Below, piece after piece: positions 61,301 to 64,000 of a DNA stretch of 64,000 nucleotides; within the stretch, counting starts at the first letter, position 1; every line of letters begins with the position of its first letter. This DNA is from Blasia pusilla. Lineage: Eukaryota. A program made the translations under genes and the position numbers. The notes below the pieces were generated by a model that worked only from the letters and a program-made list of their open reading frames with translations, ran no database searches and was not told the DNA's origin. Location: the NCBI GenBank assembly GCA_050084515.1, contig CM114271.1, forward strand, positions 40,362,001-40,426,000, written 5' to 3'.

Positions 61301-64000
61301 CTCACATAGTGAGGCGGCCAGCCGAAAAGCCTCGGCGGGCGTACCTCCCAACGTCACAACATCGGAAGCAGAAAATAAAGGAGTGCGGTACACAACGGTG
61401 GCCGCCCCCAACAACGTGCTCGACACATGCCCCTCCTAAGCATCAACAATAGGAGTCGTTGCACTCGCTTCTCCCATCGCCCTCCGTGCTTGCACACCAA
61501 CAACATTACCAACTCTCCGGGAACTTTGATGAGGACCCATCGATGGGGTCCTCATCGCTCGGCTAACGTGAAAGATTGAGGAAGCCTAGTCTCTCTCTTG
61601 GCTTCCCCTCTTTGTGTGGATCCAACTCACGGCTGCTCCACAGCGTCACAAGCTGCGGCGGCCTCCATCTGGGCAACCCCGCACATCCATCCGGGATCCT
61701 CCGGATCTCTGCTGCTCCATATGATGTCGATGCCACGGATCCGGCATCGGGTAACCTCAATGCCATAGCGGCAATGCGCTCTCTGTAGTTGTTGTATCGG
61801 CGACCATCCGACCTCACGTCCGGCATCTCCTCGGCGCGTCTAGGTGGTGGTACTCTACCTCCTCCACGGGCGGCTCCACCACCCTGTCGGGCAACTCCAA
61901 CTCCTCGTCCCCCCAACGGGACCACGGAGCACGATCTCTAGGCCCACCGGACCGGCTACTCGCTCTGGTGCCCTCTCGGCCCTCGGTCGGACATAACTCA
62001 GGATGTAAACTAAAACACCTGGCGTGTGTATGACCATACCCTCGAAAATAGTCACACTGATAATCTCTTGGTGCAAAGCACCATCTCCTCCTCCATCTTT
62101 GAGGCACACGTCCATGACCCGGACCCGGTGCAATCGCGGCGATGATGGGCTCCACCACATGACCAACAAGTAATAGTAGGCGGTCTGCTTTGAGCCGCAT
62201 ATGAAAGCGCAGGTCTTTGTGGCACGGCCTCTCGGTATCCTCCCCGAGCTCGTGGTGCCTGATCGACCTATCTCGAGTCACGTTCTTTGCCGCAGGTGGT
62301 GCGAGACAATCGTGATTGCTCTCGCCAGAACCCATGGTGGCTACGCTCTCCTCCGCCATGTTGCGCTCAATGTTCTCGGCGGTCCTAAAAACATCTCTCA
62401 ACGTAGGGCGGTGTTCATAAGCGGCACCCCCTCCCCACCCGTGTCCCGCGGGGTTCGGTCGGCATCGCATACCATGTTGGATAGCTTTGAGCCTCTGTCA
62501 CCCCCGAGTGGCGTTGATCAACCGGGCGCAGCGAGTGTAAGCCTCACGCAAACTCTCACCCGGCGCCTCTGGAAGTCGTGGATGCTCCGCAACTTCTCCG
62601 TCCGTACCCCCTGGTAGCTCGCCCTCAACTCGACAAAGAACTCAACCCACGAGGGGTTGAACCTAGGACGAACCGGCTAGAGCGGTGCAAGCTGCTCCCG
62701 TCTGAGTGACCCTTCCTAAAGCGTCACTAGTGGAAGAGGCCGTAGCCTCTCGACTCCTCCTCCTCATCTAGAACGGCTCCGTCCATGACACATAATGTGG
62801 GTCATAGTAGAGCCTCCACGCCTCGATCTCACATGCATATCTCTGAGAGAACTCATGGTAATCGTCCATGGGCGCCCCCTCTAAATCTTTGGAACATACC
62901 GTTCCATCTTTGTAAACGGGTTAAACTCTCTAGAGTTCTGGCCCCCCATTGGGAGTCGCACCAACTCCTAAACTCTGCTATAAAATCGTGCAACTCAATC
63001 GTGCCCCTCGCACTGAAAACTACGCGGTCCTCTACCCCGTGCCGTCCATCTCAAATGCATGGCCCAACTGGTAGGACCACTCACAATGTGTGGCGATGTG
63101 CTCACAAACTCCTCTACACCCTCCCCTCGTCGACAATGACACGAGGAAGGAGGTCGAGGTGGTCCCTCACGTGGAGACCCTCGAAACCTCGCGCCACTCC
63201 GCGTAAAACCTCTAGAGCTACTCTCGGGTTCACCACCTCGCCTCTCAAAGTCCCGAGCAGACTCGTGATGACCCTCGTGCCCCTCTCACCCGATCACTCT
63301 GAACCTCGTGAGGAATCCCTCAATCACTCATCCCAAACATGCGGCACTCGATCTACACTCTCTCCCGAGGCGTGTAACGTCGCGGCAACACGCGCGGCGT
63401 GGTGCGGCAAATAGACCAGGCTATCATCTCATCGACAACCTACCCTCAACTCCGGACATCCCACACAGGTCTATGTCCCCTAAACCACATACATAAATGA
63501 TGCTCTCAGCATCCACACACCCAATATCCCCAAATAAATCCCACAATCCCTCACACGTGTAGGGTAAGGACCGAGAATGGGTAACTGAACACATGTCGAT
63601 GTCGCTCCTCAAAGAATCGCAAATCTCGACCCCAACTCGATCGTGGAGACAACTCCTCCAATCAGCAAGTCATACTCCTCCCGCATCGATCTTTGCTCAA
63701 AACTCCTCGATAGACACGATGCGGTCCCAATGCGGGCAGTGAACGGCGTTGGCGTTGCGGCGGCGCACGGGCGGCTCTGAACGGCACGGCCCTCGATGGT
63801 GGGATCGGCACTCGGCGGCATACCCTCCTCAATCAATAATAATCCCACACTCGCTCCACAATGACGGTGCGGCTCGCGTCGAGATGGTGCGGTGCGCTCA
63901 CGAGCGGCACGGCCCGGCAATCGGCGGCGTTGCAGGCCGCGCGGGCGTCCACGCACGATACTCGATCGTCGTCGGCGGCTACCAATCACAACATAGCGAG
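58328..64000 (-). mobile_element. Methyltransferase-carrying Ty3/gypsy retrotransposon, copy 3 (runs off the window end; truncated in RT just after YIDD)
   Basis: 64000 downward aligns with copy 1 from ~33120. Gag, protease (ORF 60631-61305, VLLDSGAQ), MTase (ORF 59338-60384) and RT N-terminus (ORF 58480-58947). Many 1-2 nt indels. Confidence 0.92.
59338..60384 (-). CDS. Best-preserved retrotransposon-encoded C5 cytosine methyltransferase frame (348-aa ORF, frameshifted near its C-terminus)
   Basis: Motifs I (VLDLFGGISTG), II (YVESDD), IV (IAGWPCQG), V (DTRSRLF), VI (ILENV), VII-VIII (FLDAASVCSRAHRPRLWW) and IX-like (EPNANERER) all lie in this ORF. Confidence 0.88.
   Translation of the reverse strand: MMTPLDTTPIVWCTPEEGIRVLDLFGGISTGLAAVLQAGVRVQQYLYVESDDVARRVSLRHVAQLRLRFPDLLSASAVQGYQSSLPRDILLLGAQDLERVGTIDLVIAGWPCQGQSSAGRGSGLADTRSRLFWEMLRVLRQLQEHQSRSPAYILENVPILGDSRSQVVTSAHEVRAWSGLAVFLDAASVCSRAHRPRLWWTDLVPHAVLWRAYARVDRPSPLLVDSILDPGRRSQAVRHDDRPPPTWSTGVGSRARLAHACEFSASYAYKEAGPGLVWDDQVQRLVEPNANERERRWDFPESDGRPSLSRHHDAMSWVSDGPESLDMDDMLAYEQITRMRSRHHKWPL

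Overview
Eukaryotic nuclear DNA from a land plant, most plausibly a non-seed plant such as a bryophyte (inferred from gene content and intron style, not proven). Three host genes are present. A two-exon chloroplast SecE1 lies on the minus strand, with its transit-peptide exon at 8306-8518 missed by the ORF track. Head-to-head with it is a large multi-exon UTP20/DRIM gene (9268-27768). A three-exon SAUL1-type U-box/ARM E3 ligase lies at 44666-48928. The rest is mostly retroelement DNA: a decayed chromodomain-type Ty3/gypsy pol with nested LTRs (1-3759), Ty1/copia remnants (~29.4-31.3 kb) and three copies of a ~510-bp solo-LTR-like repeat. The main observation is three degenerate copies (32.2-40.7 kb plus; 51.0-58.3 kb and 58.3-64.0 kb minus) of an unusual Ty3/gypsy family. 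Its polyprotein reads Gag (two Zn knuckles), aspartic protease, DNMT3-like C5 cytosine methyltransferase, linker, TAG CAA CCA, RT, RNase H, integrase, PHD finger. All three copies keep that TAG, in a CARYYA readthrough context, between the methyltransferase and RT. No copy is intact as assembled. Element boundaries and most UTP20 exon edges were read by eye and are approximate.
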